A stretch of 64,000 nucleotides of DNA from NCBI GenBank assembly GCA_030390025.1, contig CM059432.1:97094001-97158000 (forward strand). Direction: 5' to 3'. The notes under the pieces were generated by a model. That model had not been told where the DNA came from, did not search any database, and saw only the letters and a list, made by a program, of their open reading frames with translations. The translations under genes and the position numbers were made by a program. The stretch comes from Squalus acanthias (lineage: Eukaryota). Positions 24,028-35,966 of the stretch are shown here, one piece after another; the stretch's first letter is position 1, and the number at the start of each line of letters is the position of its first letter.

Positions 24028-27023
24028 TCCTTATCTGGTCTGGCCTATGTGTGACTCCAGACCGACAGCAATGTGGTTGACTCTTAACTGCCCTCTGAAA
24101 TGGCCTAGCAAGCCACTCAGTTGTAACAAACCGCTACGAAACACAATAGTAAGAAAGAAACCGGACGGACCACCCGGCATCGACTTTGGCACTGGCTACA
24201 GATAAGGCAACGGCACACCCAGCCCAGTCAACCCTGCTATGTCCTCCTCACCAACATCTGGGCACTTGTGCCAAAATTGGGAGAGCTGTCCCACAGACTA
24301 GTCAAGCAACAGCCTGACATAGTCATACTCACAGAATCATACCTTTCAGCCAATGTCCCAAACTCCTCCATCACCATCCCTGGGTATGTCCTGTCCCACC
24401 GGCAGGACAGAGCCACCAGGGGTGGTGGCACAGTGGTATACAGTCGGGAAGGAGTGGCCCTGGGAGTCCTCAACATTGACTCTGGACCCCATGAAGTCTC
24501 ATGGCTTCAGGTCAAGCAAAGCCAAGGAAACCTCCTGCTGATTACCACCTACAGCCCTCCCTCAGCTGATGAATCAGCACTACTCCATGTTGAACACCAC
24601 TTGGAAGAAGCACTGAGAGTAGCAAGGGCACAGAATTTACTCTGGGTGGGAGACTTCAATGTCCATCACCAAGAGTGGTTCGGTAGCACCACTACTGACT
24701 GAACTGGCTTAGTCCTGAGGGAAATAACTGCCAGTCTGGACCTGCGACAGGTGGTGAGAGAACCAACATGAGGAACAAACCTACTTGACCCCGTCCTCAC
24801 CAAGCTACCTGTCGCAGATGCATCTGTCCATGACATTGGTAGCAGTGACCACCGCATAGTCATTGTGGAGATGAAGTCCCATCTTCACACTGAGGACACC
24901 CTCCATCGTGTTGTGTGGCACTACCACCGTGCTAAATGGGATAGATTCAGAACCGATCTCGCAGCTCAAAACTGGACATCCATGAGGCGCTGTGGGCCAT
25001 CAGCAGCAGCAGAATTGTATTCCAGCATAATCTAACCTCATGGCCCGGCATATCCCTCACTCTATCATTACCATCAAGCCAGGGGACCAACCCTGGTTTA
25101 TTAAGGAGTGTAGAAAAGCATGCCAGGAGCAGCACCAGACATACCTAAAAATGAGGTGCCAACCTGGGGAAGCTGCAACACAGGACTACCTGCATGCTAA
25201 AAAGCGGAAGCAGCATGCTATTGACAGGGCTAAGTGATCTCACAATCAACGGATCAGATCAAAGCTCTGCAGTCCTGCCACATCCAGTCGTGAATGGTGG
25301 TGGACCATTAAACAACTAACGGGAGGAGGAGGCACCATGAATATTCCCATCCTCAATGATGGTGGAGCCTAGCACGTGAGTGCAAAAGACAAGGCTGAAG
25401 CATTGGCAACCATCTTCAGCCAGAAGTGCCGAGTGGATGATCCATCTCAGCCTCCTCCTGAGGTCCCCACTATCACAGAAGCCAGTCTGCAGTCAATTCG
25501 ATTCACTCCATGTGATATCAAGAAACGGCTGAGCGCACTGGATACAGCAAAGGCTATGGGCCCCGATAACATCCCGGCTGTCGTGCTGAAGACTTGTGCT
25601 CCAGAACTAGCTGCGCCTCTAGCCAAGCTCTTCCAGTACAGCTGCAAGACTAGCATCTATCCGACAATGTGGAAAACTACCCAGGTATGTCCTGTCCACA
25701 AAAAACAGGACAAATCCAATCCGGCCAATTACCACCCCATCAGTCTACTGTCAATCATCAGCAAAGTGATGGAAGGTGTCATCGACAGTGCTATCAAGCA
25801 GCACTTACTCAACAATAACCTGCTCACTGATGCCCAGTTTGGGTTCTGCCAAGACCACTTGGCTCCCGGCCTCATTACAGCCTTGATCCAAACATGGACA
25901 AAGGAGCTGAATTCCAGAGGTGAGGTGAGAGTGATTGCCCTTGACATCAAGGCAGCATTTGATCGAGTGTGGCATCAAGGAGCCCCAGTAAAACTGAAGT
26001 CAATGGGAATCGGGGGGAAATGCTCCACTGGCTGGAATCTTACCTAACACAAAGGAAGATGGTTGTGGTGATTGAAGGTCAATCATCACAGCCCCAGGAC
26101 ATCACTGCAGGAGTTCCTCAGGGCAGTGTCCTAGGCCCAACCATCTTCAGCTGCTTCATCAATGGCCTTCGCTCCAACATAAGGTCAGAAATGGGGATGT
26201 TCACTGATGATTGCACAGTTTTCAGCGCCATTCTCAACTCCTCAGATAATGAAGCAGTCCATGCCTGCATGCAACAAGATCTGGACGAGTCTAACCACCT
26301 CCCCTTGACATTCAACGGCATAACTATCGCTGAATCCCCCACCATCAACATCCTGGGGGGTCACCATTGACAAGAAACTTAACTGGACCAGTCACATAAA
26401 TACTGTGGCAACAAGAGCAGGTCAGAGGCTGGGTATTCTGTGGCGAGTGTCTCACCTCCTGACTCCCCAAAGCCTTTCCACCATCTACAAGGCACAAGTC
26501 AGGAGTGTGATGGAATACTCTCCACTTGCCTGGATGAGTGCAGCTCCAACAATACTCAAGAAGCTCGACACTATCCAGGACAAAGCAGCCAGCTTGATTG
26601 GCACCCCATCCACCACCTTAAACATTCACTCCCTCCATCACCGGCGTACCGTGGCTGCAGTGTGTACCATCTACAAGATGCACTGCAGCAACTCGCCAAA
26701 GCTTCTTCGGCAGCACCTCTCAAACCCGCAACCTCTTCCACCTAGAAGGACAAGGACAGCAGGCGCATGGGAACTGTACCACCTCCAATTCCCCTCCAAG
26801 TCACACACCATCCTGACTTTGAAGTATATCGCCGATCCTTCATCGTCGCTGGGTCAAAATCCTGGAACTCCCTATCTAACAGCACTGTGGGAGTACCTTC
26901 ACCACACGGACTGCAGCGGTTCAAGAAGGTGGCTCACCACCACCTTCTGAAGGGCAATTAGGGATGGGCAATAAATGCTGGCTTTGCCAGCGATGCCCAC
27001 ATCCCATAAACAAATTTTAAAAA
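24028..27023 (+). mobile_element. Near full-length family B LINE (tRNA head truncated)
   Basis: Collinear with 9110-12110; PKLGELSHRL, VGDFN, PQGSVLGP, FTDD; small deletion near 26288. Confidence 0.92.
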
Positions 27024-27454
27024 TTATTCAAGTCACGCTTATCTTACCTTCAATCCAAATCTTAACAACTTTTGTCTCCAATAATTTTCTTGCTGAACCT
27101 GAACCTAGATAACCTTTGAGCTGAACATATTGATTGAAACCAGGTCGATAAAGACATGGAAAGTTAATTGCTTAATAGCCTCTCTAGGCATTAAATAAAC
27201 TTGCAATCTCCTATGTGAATCATTACTGATAAAACTTCTTCCAACTGCATTAGTTCAAGTTCTGATTTGTGCAGATAATTTTTCAATACCGATTACCACA
27301 CCAAAACTGCTTAACTGTTACATCACATAATTGCTCGGCTGAGGACATAAGTAGTGAGTCACCAGCCTAAAGTGTTACATTTAGTAACATTTCTAAATTA
27401 ATAAACAACAACTTTACTGAGAGATTTGTTTACTGAAAGTGAATTAACATTTTA

Positions 27455-28270
27455 TATTGAGTTACATCGAATCTACAGCGGAGAAAACAGGCCATTCGGC
27501 CCAACTGGTCAATGCCGCCATTTATGCTCTGCATGAGCCACCTCCCACCCTAGTTCATCTCACCCTATCAGCATATCCTTGTATTCCTTTCTCTCTCACA
27601 TGCTTTTTTATCTCTCACTTAAATGTATCTATGCTATTTGCCTCAACTACTCCTTGTGGTAGTAGAACCACAGAGTTTTGTTGTGCTAAACAGTTTTCAT
27701 TTAGTGCAATGGTGTTATTCTGATCAGATAATCATAGAAGTTTACAGCACAGAAGGAGACTATTTGGCTGATGTGCCTGAGCTGATATGCTTGCTAGAGC
27801 AATCCAAAACTAATCCCACTGCCCCATTCTCTCCCCATAGCCCTGGATCTTTATCTCCTTCAAAAATGTATCCACTTTTCCCTTAAAGATACAATGGTCT
27901 CTATCTATATTAACTTGATGACCTCTTGTCACTGACTCCTGAACCAGAGGAATTAATTACCCTCTCAAAACCCGGCATAATTTTAAAAACCTCTATTAAA
28001 TCTACTCGTAGCCTTCTCTGTTCCGATGGAAATAGTCTCAGTATCTCAAGTCTCTTCTCACAACTAAAGGTTGCAACCTCTTGCAACATCCTGGTGAATC
28101 TATGTTGTATACTCTCCATGGTTTTGAAGTCCTTTCCATAATGGGGCACCCAAAACTATACACAATGGCCTTTCCAACAGATTGTACAAATTTAGCATTA
28201 TTTCTTTACTCTTGTAACCTATGCCCTATTTATAAAACTCAAAACGCTATTGGCCTTTTTTATGGCTTTA
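27455..28270 (-). mobile_element. Two adjacent CR1 3' fragments
   Basis: 27455-27662 resembles the family C 3' UTR; 27735-28270 encodes EQRRLRVDLIEVFKIM. Confidence 0.7.
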
Positions 28271-28305
28271 TCTACGTAAACTTACACTTTCCTTTCAGAG
28301 ATGTA

Positions 28306-29676
28306 TTTTTTTAAATTCGTTCCTGTGATATGGGTGTCGCTGGCAAGGCCAGCATTTATTGCCCATCCCTAAATGCCCTTGAGAAGGCAGTGGTAAGCCG
28401 CCATCTTGAAACGCTGCAGTCCATGTGGTGAAGGTACTCACATAGTGTCAAAGGTAGGGAGTTCCAGGATTTTGACCCAGCAACGATGAAGGAATGGTAC
28501 TATATTTCCAAGTCAGGATGGTGTGTGACTGGGAGGGAAATTGCAGATGATGGTGTTCCCATGCGCCTGCTGCCCTTGTCCATCTAGGTGGTAGAGGTTG
28601 CGGGTTTGGGAGGTGTTGTCGAAGAAGCCTTGGCGAGTTGCTGCAGTGCATCTTGTAGATGGTACACACTGCAGCCATGGTACGCCAGTGGTGGAGGGAG
28701 TGAATGTTTAAGCTGGTGGATGTGGTGCCAATCAAGCAGGCTGCTTTGTCCTGGATGGTGTCGAGCTTCTTGAGTATTGTTGAAGCTGCACTCACCCAGG
28801 CAAGTGCAGAGTATTCCATCACACTCCTGACTTGTGCCTTGCAGATTGTGGAAAGGCTTTGGGGAGTCAGAAGGTGAGACAATCACCGCAGAATACCCAG
28901 CCTCTGACCTGGTCTCGTAGCCACAGTATTTATGTGGCTGGTCCAGTTAAGTTTCTGGTCAATGGTGACCCCCAGGATGTTGATGGTAGGGAATTCGGTG
29001 ATGGTAATATGTTGAATGTCAAGGGGTGGTGGTTAGAGTCTCTCTTGTTGGAGATATTCATTGCCAGGCACTTGTTTGGCATGAATTTTACTTGCCACTT
29101 ATCAGCCCAAGCCTGAATGTTGTCCAGGTCTTGCTTATGCGGGCATGGACTGCTTCATTATCTGAGGAGTTGCGAATGGAACTGAACACTGTGCAATCAT
29201 CAGCGAACAGCCCCACTTCTGACATTATGATGGAGGGAAGGTCATTGATGAAGCAGCTGAAGATGGTTGGGCCTAGGACACTGACCTGAGGAACTCCTGC
29301 AGCGATGTCCTGGGGCTAAGATGATTGGCCTCCAACAACCACAACCATCTTCCTTTGTGCTAGGTATGACTCCAGCCAGTCAATAGTTTTCCCCCTGAAT
29401 TCCATTGACTTCAATTTTACTAGGGCTCCTTAATGCCACACTCGGTCAAATGCTGCCTTGATGTCAAGGGTAGTCACCTCATCTCGAGAGTTCAGCTCTT
29501 TTACCCATGTTTGCACCAAGGCTGTAATGAGGTCTGGAGCCGAGTAGTGATGGTGGAACCCAAACTGAGCATCGATGAGCAGTTTCTTATTGGTGAGTAA
29601 GTGAGGCTTGATAGCACTTTCGACGACACCTTCCATCACTTTGCTGATAATGGAGAGCAGACTGATGGGGCGGTAA
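28306..29676 (-). mobile_element. 5'-truncated family B LINE
   Basis: LDIKAAFDRVWH, SHLLTPQSLSTI; same 3' end as other copies. Confidence 0.9.
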
Positions 29677-30275
29677 CAGGGAGCTGCTCCATTGGACAGG
29701 CACCACTTAAACCGGGCCGGGACCAGTGTCCTGCTGAATCGAATAATCAGGGCTGTAGATAGGGCTTTAAACTAAAAAGGGGGGACGAGTCAGGTGAGGG
29801 GAAATTTAGAAATTTAAAGAGAAAAGTCAAGGCAATGGAGCAGTATATCGATTTGTGTAAAGATACTGTAGAATTCGCAAATTATCGCGATTTAAAAATA
29901 ATGAGAAAGAGAAATAGGGGGAGAAATTAGGTCGTGCCCCATTTGGGGCGCAAATATCGTCTGGACGCAAAAATTAGCGCCTGGCGCTAATTATCGCCAC
30001 TGACTGGAAACTTCACTTTTACCGCCCCGGGAGGTGAGTGGAGCGCTAAATCAGGCGCTGCACACCTGTCTTAAGGCGCAAAGGCCGAGCAGTGAGGCGC
30101 TAACTCAGCGCGCGAGCGCAGCGCAGCTGCTGCCAGTTAGCGAGGGAACACAGACATACTGGCGCCGGCCAGTTCTTAAAGGGGGGAGGGCCAACTTGCT
30201 CCCCAGCCACACCCTGCTCATTGCAGCCTTGAATCTCGGCCTGGAGAGACCTGTGAATTCATTTTGCTGCCAAGG

Positions 30276-32095
30276 ATGGAGAGGGTGAGAGAACGAGCTC
30301 AGCGCTTCACCGAGCGGTCCTTGGATGCTCTGGTTGGCGCGGTGGAGCGCAGAAGATCTATACTCTTCCCTGAGAGTGGCAGGAGGCCTTTGCCACGCGA
30401 GTACAGAAGAGTGTGGAGGGAGGTGGCTCAGAGCGTCTCCTCCAGGAGCATGGTGCCCAGGACCCATGTTCAATGCCGCAAAAAGTTTAACGACCTCACT
30501 CGGGTCGTCAGGGTGAGTGGCTTTTTCTCAATACCTCTCCATCCCTCCATCTCAACCTCACTCTATGGCCAGAGGGTCTTAAAACCCCAATGCACAACAC
30601 TCATCCAAAACCTATGGCCCTTTCATGAAACACACACACACATTCTACACTTTGCATACAGTAAGGGCTATTCACCTATGGGAGGCACATCAGGCAAGAC
30701 CATGGCTGTATACAGTAAGGGCTATTCACCTATGGGAGGCACATCAGGCAAGACCATGGCTGTATATTTACTCAGATGCTGTCCTTTTTCTTGCAGGCCA
30801 AGCTGGCGCATAATGGGAGACAGCAGCAACGGACAGGTGGAGGGCGGCCTCAGCTGCAACCCCTCAGCGATCTTGAGGAGCGCGTCCACAGGATTGTGGC
30901 AAGCCGGGTGATCGGTCCCGTCGCCACTGGAGACGCCGACCCCGTTCTGGACAGCAATGGTAAGGTCATCACCTTTTTGTCCTCTGTCCTTCCACTTGTC
31001 CCTCACAACACCAGCCTTTGACACTTTCAATCCAACTTACTAACTCGCTGCACTTATTCCTCCCTTACTGCCACCCTGTCCTCACGCTAAAGCCACTCTT
31101 GTACCTCCCTGCTTTCAGATGGTGATTCACCAGCTGAGGAGACGGGCCCTGAAGCTGCCAGTGGGAGTGAAGCTGCAGCCGAGGAGGAAGAGGAAGCTGG
31201 AGCATCAGTGCCACCCTCTCCCGAGGAAGCCCATGCCCACACTGGGAACACGCCTTCCCTGGAGGGGAGCAGGGGGGAAGGGTCTGATGAGGGTGAAGCT
31301 CCAGGACCCAGCGGGCTGCAGCAATGCCATGGGGGTAGGGAAGAACGGGGGCCTTCTCCCCAGAGGGAGAGTATGCCAGCAACTCCTACTGCAATGGACG
31401 CAGAGGAGGAGCGGCTGATCGCAGAAATGAACACCCAGGCGGTGGGCATGCACACTGAGCTCATGGGTGCAGTGGGAAGGGTGCCCGAATGCATTGAGTC
31501 ACTGGCAAGGAGTGTGGAGCACTTCGCTGTAGCACAGGCGGATGCCACACTAATGCTTAGTGCTGCAATTCAGTCACTGACTGCCGTGATCCCATCTCTG
31601 ACTGCTCTCATGCAGACTCAGATTGAGGCCACGCGAGCACTGACTGCTGCCAACCTCGATGGTTCGTTCACATGTCCCCGGGGCTCTCACCGCGCCGCAG
31701 CAGGCCAGCAATCTGTGCTCCAGCAGATTGCTCCGGATGCTGAAGTGCTGCCCCGTGGGAGTGCCAGTGTGTCGGTCGAGCAGGGAGTTGCTGTCCTCTC
31801 TCACGACGACAGCATTCCTGCTGCCAACACTGTCACTTCTCCACTGCACTTGCCACCGCCTGTAGGACAGACTGCTGCTGACCATGCAGAGTTGGTGCAG
31901 TCTGCAGCCGGGCCCTCCAGGCCCAGAACTGGTCGAGGCCGTCCTTCAGGGGCATCTGCAGTGTCAGGGTCTGACAATCAGCAGCCTTCCACCAGCCTTG
32001 CTGCAGCCACTGAGGTCCCATTACGGAGGAGCAGTAGGGTTAGAAGGGGGGAAGTGCGCAAGGGAAGGAGATCACCCTCGAAGGGCAAAAAGTAG
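30276..32095 (+). CDS. Myb/SANT-like (trihelix) DNA-binding partner protein, 3 exons (30276-30512, 30797-30959, 31119-32095), 458 aa
   Basis: RAQRFTERSLDALV...RRSILF...WREVAQSV...RTHVQCRKKFNDL, TGGG motif, basic C-terminus; GT-AG introns of phase 0 and 1 give one stop-free frame. Confidence 0.88.
30656..30763. repeat. Perfect 54-bp tandem duplication in intron 1
   Basis: 30656-30709 = 30710-30763. Confidence 0.95.
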
Positions 32096-32407
32096 GAGGT
32101 GTGACAAAATGCTGGTCATTTTTTTATTAAAGGCCGAGGTTCGTGGTCCAACTTTTGTCTAGTGTTTTGGACATTATCTCCAGGTTGTGAGAACCAGTTA
32201 TGTTAATGATTGTTTTTTTGTGTTTATTTCTATGAGTTTGTCATGAGGAAATGACACACACAGAGTTTGTAAAATAAATAAGTTTTTGTATTCAAAATAT
32301 ACATGTTTGGTGTTTGGAATCATTGGTGCCTTGGCCGGCTTAGGGGTTGCGTGCTGGGTTCATTGATGTTGTTAGCAATGGCAGAAGCCATTTCCACAGC
32401 AGGGGCC

Positions 32408-33566
32408 CTAGAAGCGGCTTGCTATCAGCCGTTGACGGACGGCCCTTGCAGTTTCACCATTGTGGGCCGCCCTCCCGCCTTGGTGCTTCTGATGATCATC
32501 CTCCTCGTCCTCTTCCTCCTCTTCCTCCTCCTCCTCTGGTGGTGCTACAAGGCCTGGTGGCATTGGCTGGGTCCTGACGATTGCCATGTTATGCAACATG
32601 CAGCACACAACTACGAAGTTGGATACTGGCTCAGGCGAGTACTGCAGGGCTCCTCCAGAATGGTCGAGACAGCGGAACGATTGCTTCAGCACGCCGATTG
32701 TGCGCTCAATGATGTTCCTGGTAGCTTGATGGCTCTCGTTGTACCGCAGCTCAGCAGGGGTGTTGGGCGTACGGAGCGGTGTCATCAGCCAGGTGCTCAA
32801 TGGATACCCCTTGTCCCCGAGAAGCCAACCAACTGGCTGATGCGGTGCCTCAAAGTTCTGCCACAGTAGTCTGGCGCAGGATGAAAGCATCGTGGCAGCT
32901 GCCAGGATAGTGGGCATTGACAGCGAGTATCAGCTGTCTGTGGTCACAGACCAACTGAACATTCAAGGAATGGAACCCCTTTCTGTTCCGGAATTCCTCG
33001 GCATTCTCATGTGGAGCACGCAAAGCCATATGCATGCAGTCAATGGCGCCCTGCACCATGGGGAAGCCCGCTATCCTCGCAAAGCCCCGAGCACGGTCAC
33101 GCTGCTTGTCTAGGGTCATGGGGAAAGAGATGAACTCTCGTCTCCTTTTAAAGAGGGCATTTGTGACCTGCCGGATGCAGCAATGCACCGCGAACTGGGA
33201 GATATTGGCGAGGTCCCCAGCAGCAGCTTGAAATGAGCAAGTAGCATAGAAGTTGAGAGCCACTGTGATCTTCACTGCCACCGACAGAGACGTCCTGGAC
33301 CTCAGTTGAGGCTGCAGATCTGGCTGCAGCAGGTGGCAGAGCTCAGTGACCACCTCCTTGCTGAATCGCAGCATTCGCAAACACAGCTCCTCAGACATAT
33401 GAATGTAGGAGAGCTGTTCACGATATACCCTGGGAGGGTAAGCTCTCCTGTACATACGCCTGTTGGCCCTCCTCCATCTGGCCATCATTGCCACTCTCTC
33501 TCTGCGTCTCTGTGTCCTCCGATTCAGCTGGAGCAGGACGACGCCCCCATTCGGTGCAGCCCCCAT
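32408..33566 (-). pseudogene. HARBI1-like DDE transposase with a single frameshift near 32852
   Basis: GAIDCMH, NRKGFHSLNVQ, PGSCHD | [24 protein letters not shown]; two ORFs overlap at AEL/FEAP. Confidence 0.92.
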
Positions 33567-35881
33567 AGTCTCTTTGCAAGCAAAGTTATGAAGGACAGCA
33601 ACCAAAGTACCAGCGAAGTTAGGATCAGTAGGCAAAACTACCTCACAAAGCGTTGACTCAATGCAGAAGTCTCTCTTTCTCTCTCTCCGAATCTCTCTCT
33701 CTCTCTCAGAACGAGTGGTGCAAAAATGTCAACCACAGAAAAAGACAGGACGAGGCCCCCTTTAAATAGTGCCCCCCCCCCCCAGCCCCACAGCGATTGA
33801 TAGTGTTCCAGTCTTCCGGTCGTTGGATGCGCCAGGCGGTAAGGCAGGGTGCGCCACTCAACTTCCGCTCCGGGGCGCTACAAGGGCGTTGCACCATGGA
33901 ATGACATCACAATCTGCGCGCGCAGGTGGTCGCGGAGGTAAAGTTTAGCGCCGCCGCACAATGTCTAGTTAAGTTCCCGAGCGGCGCAAACATCGCTGCG
34001 CCCGGGCGCTAGCGGCTTTGCGCTCCATTAGCGCCCTCTTAAGGCCCTAACGGGAGGCACAACCAACTGAATTTTTCCCCCATACAGTTTCGTAAACACA
34101 GCTTTATTTCTGCAAAATGCTGTCAGGTTTCAAAACGGACACAAGCAGCCTGTAAAATGGCCACCACGCCTCGTGGCAGAAGGTTCTAGACTTTCAGCAG
34201 GCAGACAAGATGGCGTTTCAATAAACATTTCAGCAAGATCGGACAGGACTCAGCATATTGAGATAAGGCAAGACGAGATCGTTTTGCATTTTAACACCCA
34301 AGCCAGGAATATAATTGCTGGAATCGGGTTTTTCCATGCACAAATGAGAGCTATTGTACTGGGCAATCAAGGGGCCCATCCAAAAGACATTGATACGCAA
34401 ATTCCCCACGGCTCTACGATGAGAGAGCCGTTCGCGGGTACTCATAGCAAGAATTTGGAGGCCCCCAAAACCCCTCCAGGGAGACTCCTAGCCAGTTCCA
34501 CAAGGGGAGAAATATTAACGGGTACTCAGACAGTTACAAGTATCACCGAAACCCATTAACAACAAGTACCACCCCATACAAGAAGTTTGAGCGCCAAAAC
34601 ATGACAAAAGATGGACATTAAGATTGGGCGGGAGATAAGGAATTACAGTACTATAACTGTAGTGTCCAAACGTCCATCTTTCTCTTATTCCTTTGACTCG
34701 CTTCTCTGATCCGTTGATTTTCCGGGAGTCAACCTCGTGGCTTGCCGCGAAGATCTGTGGAGAGCTGGTCTGCGAAGGCCTGAAAGTGGGCGCACCATCC
34801 CGAGAAGTCGGTAAACGGTGTTGGAACCGAAGGCCCGAGAGGAGATGAGATGAGATGAGATGAGAAGAGAAGAAGACGATTACACGTGCCGCCGCGGTCA
34901 GTAAACCCCGACCGCGCCCGAAAATCGATTAACCACTTCTTCGAATTCTATCGGCTACTCCACAACTGGCCCTGGAAGACTTTTCTTCGAGTTCTACTGA
35001 CAACTGGTGTTGGTCCAGAAAGACTCTTCTTTGAATTTTACCGGCTAACTGGTGTCGAGCACAGGAAGACTCTTCTTTGAGTTTTATCAGAGTTCCGAGG
35101 TCAACACAGATCTTCATGACAGCAGACGGTCCAGCCTGCTAGCCGGAGCAAAGCGAGTAAACAAGTGGGGTACAGGGACCCCTGATCAACCCGTGAATAG
35201 TCAGGTGCTGTGGTGAAAACATCCGAGCAGCGTTTCGGAATTCTCTGAGTTATCACGAGTGGTGAGCATGAGTCTCGATCCTACAGATCTAGATTAGGAC
35301 AGGTATTGATAGGGCAGGGTTTATGTTTTAAGGATAATTATAATGTGTGTCCCCTTTTACGATGTGTCGTGCGCTCCTCGTTTCCCTAAACCTAGTTGCA
35401 TAAATGTATGTAAGTTTGTACTGTCATTAATCTGTGCTTATGACATGTATTTCGTAATCTTGAATAATATGCAATAAAGATTTTCCATTTCGTACTATTC
35501 AACCGGGTCTACCTGAGTTTTCTCTGCATTATTGCTCTCGCACCTAAGTCCAGTGTCAGAACCGTAAGGGCGAGTGGGTCGAACCACTCACAGGTGTCTA
35601 GTGTTACCAGGCTGGCTGGAGACCAGAACAGGCAACAAGGCCTAACCCCGCACTAGCACCCAGGCTAAGCACAGAGCCACGCGAACCCCTTACAATAAGC
35701 AGAGTGTGCCAGGAAGGGACAGAGAGTTTAACGGTAATAGTGCATCAGCGAATAAGGTGAAAGCAGGGAATAATGGTAAAAAGTTAAAATTAAAGGCTTT
35801 TTATCTGAATGCATGAAGCATTCGTAACAAGGGATCTACAAGAAATTAAACCAGCCTAAATATAAATGCAACAGGAAATGA

Positions 35882-35966
35882 GAGCAGAGGGCTGGTGGGA
35901 CAGAGGGAGCAGAGGGCTGGTGGGACAGAGGGAGCACAGGGCTGGTGGGATAGAGGGAGCACAGGG
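35882..35966. repeat. 25-bp minisatellite, ~3.4 copies
   Basis: Unit GAGCAGAGGGCTGGTGGGACAGAGG. Confidence 0.85.

Larger units (their letters stand above)
29917..34081. mobile_element. Near-intact autonomous PIF/Harbinger DNA transposon (4165 bp)
   Basis: TIR GGGGGAGAAATT / AATTTTTCCCCC; TSD ATA (29914-16, 34082-84); two convergent genes. Confidence 0.93.
29867..35694 (+). mobile_element. Probable solo LTR (~1.66 kb after removing the nested Harbinger)
   Basis: TGTA...TACA termini; 4-bp flanks ATAC/ATAA; AATAAA near 35473; no gag/pol motifs; CR1 rejoins across it. Confidence 0.7.
29678..35830 (+). mobile_element. CR1 ORF1-end / ORF2-start fragment split by a solo LTR
   Basis: HLNRAGTSVLLNRIIRAVDRALN* (esterase-type ORF1 end) at ~29706-29775; spacer resumes at 35695 and leads to LKAFYLNA*SIRNK. 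Confidence 0.7.

Noticed and set aside
32303..32869. 188-aa hydrophobic ORF on plus strand
   Set aside because: Antisense shadow of the transposase's acidic tract.
34173..34559. 128-aa ORF in the solo LTR
   Set aside because: GTG start, no gag, env or other recognisable motifs.
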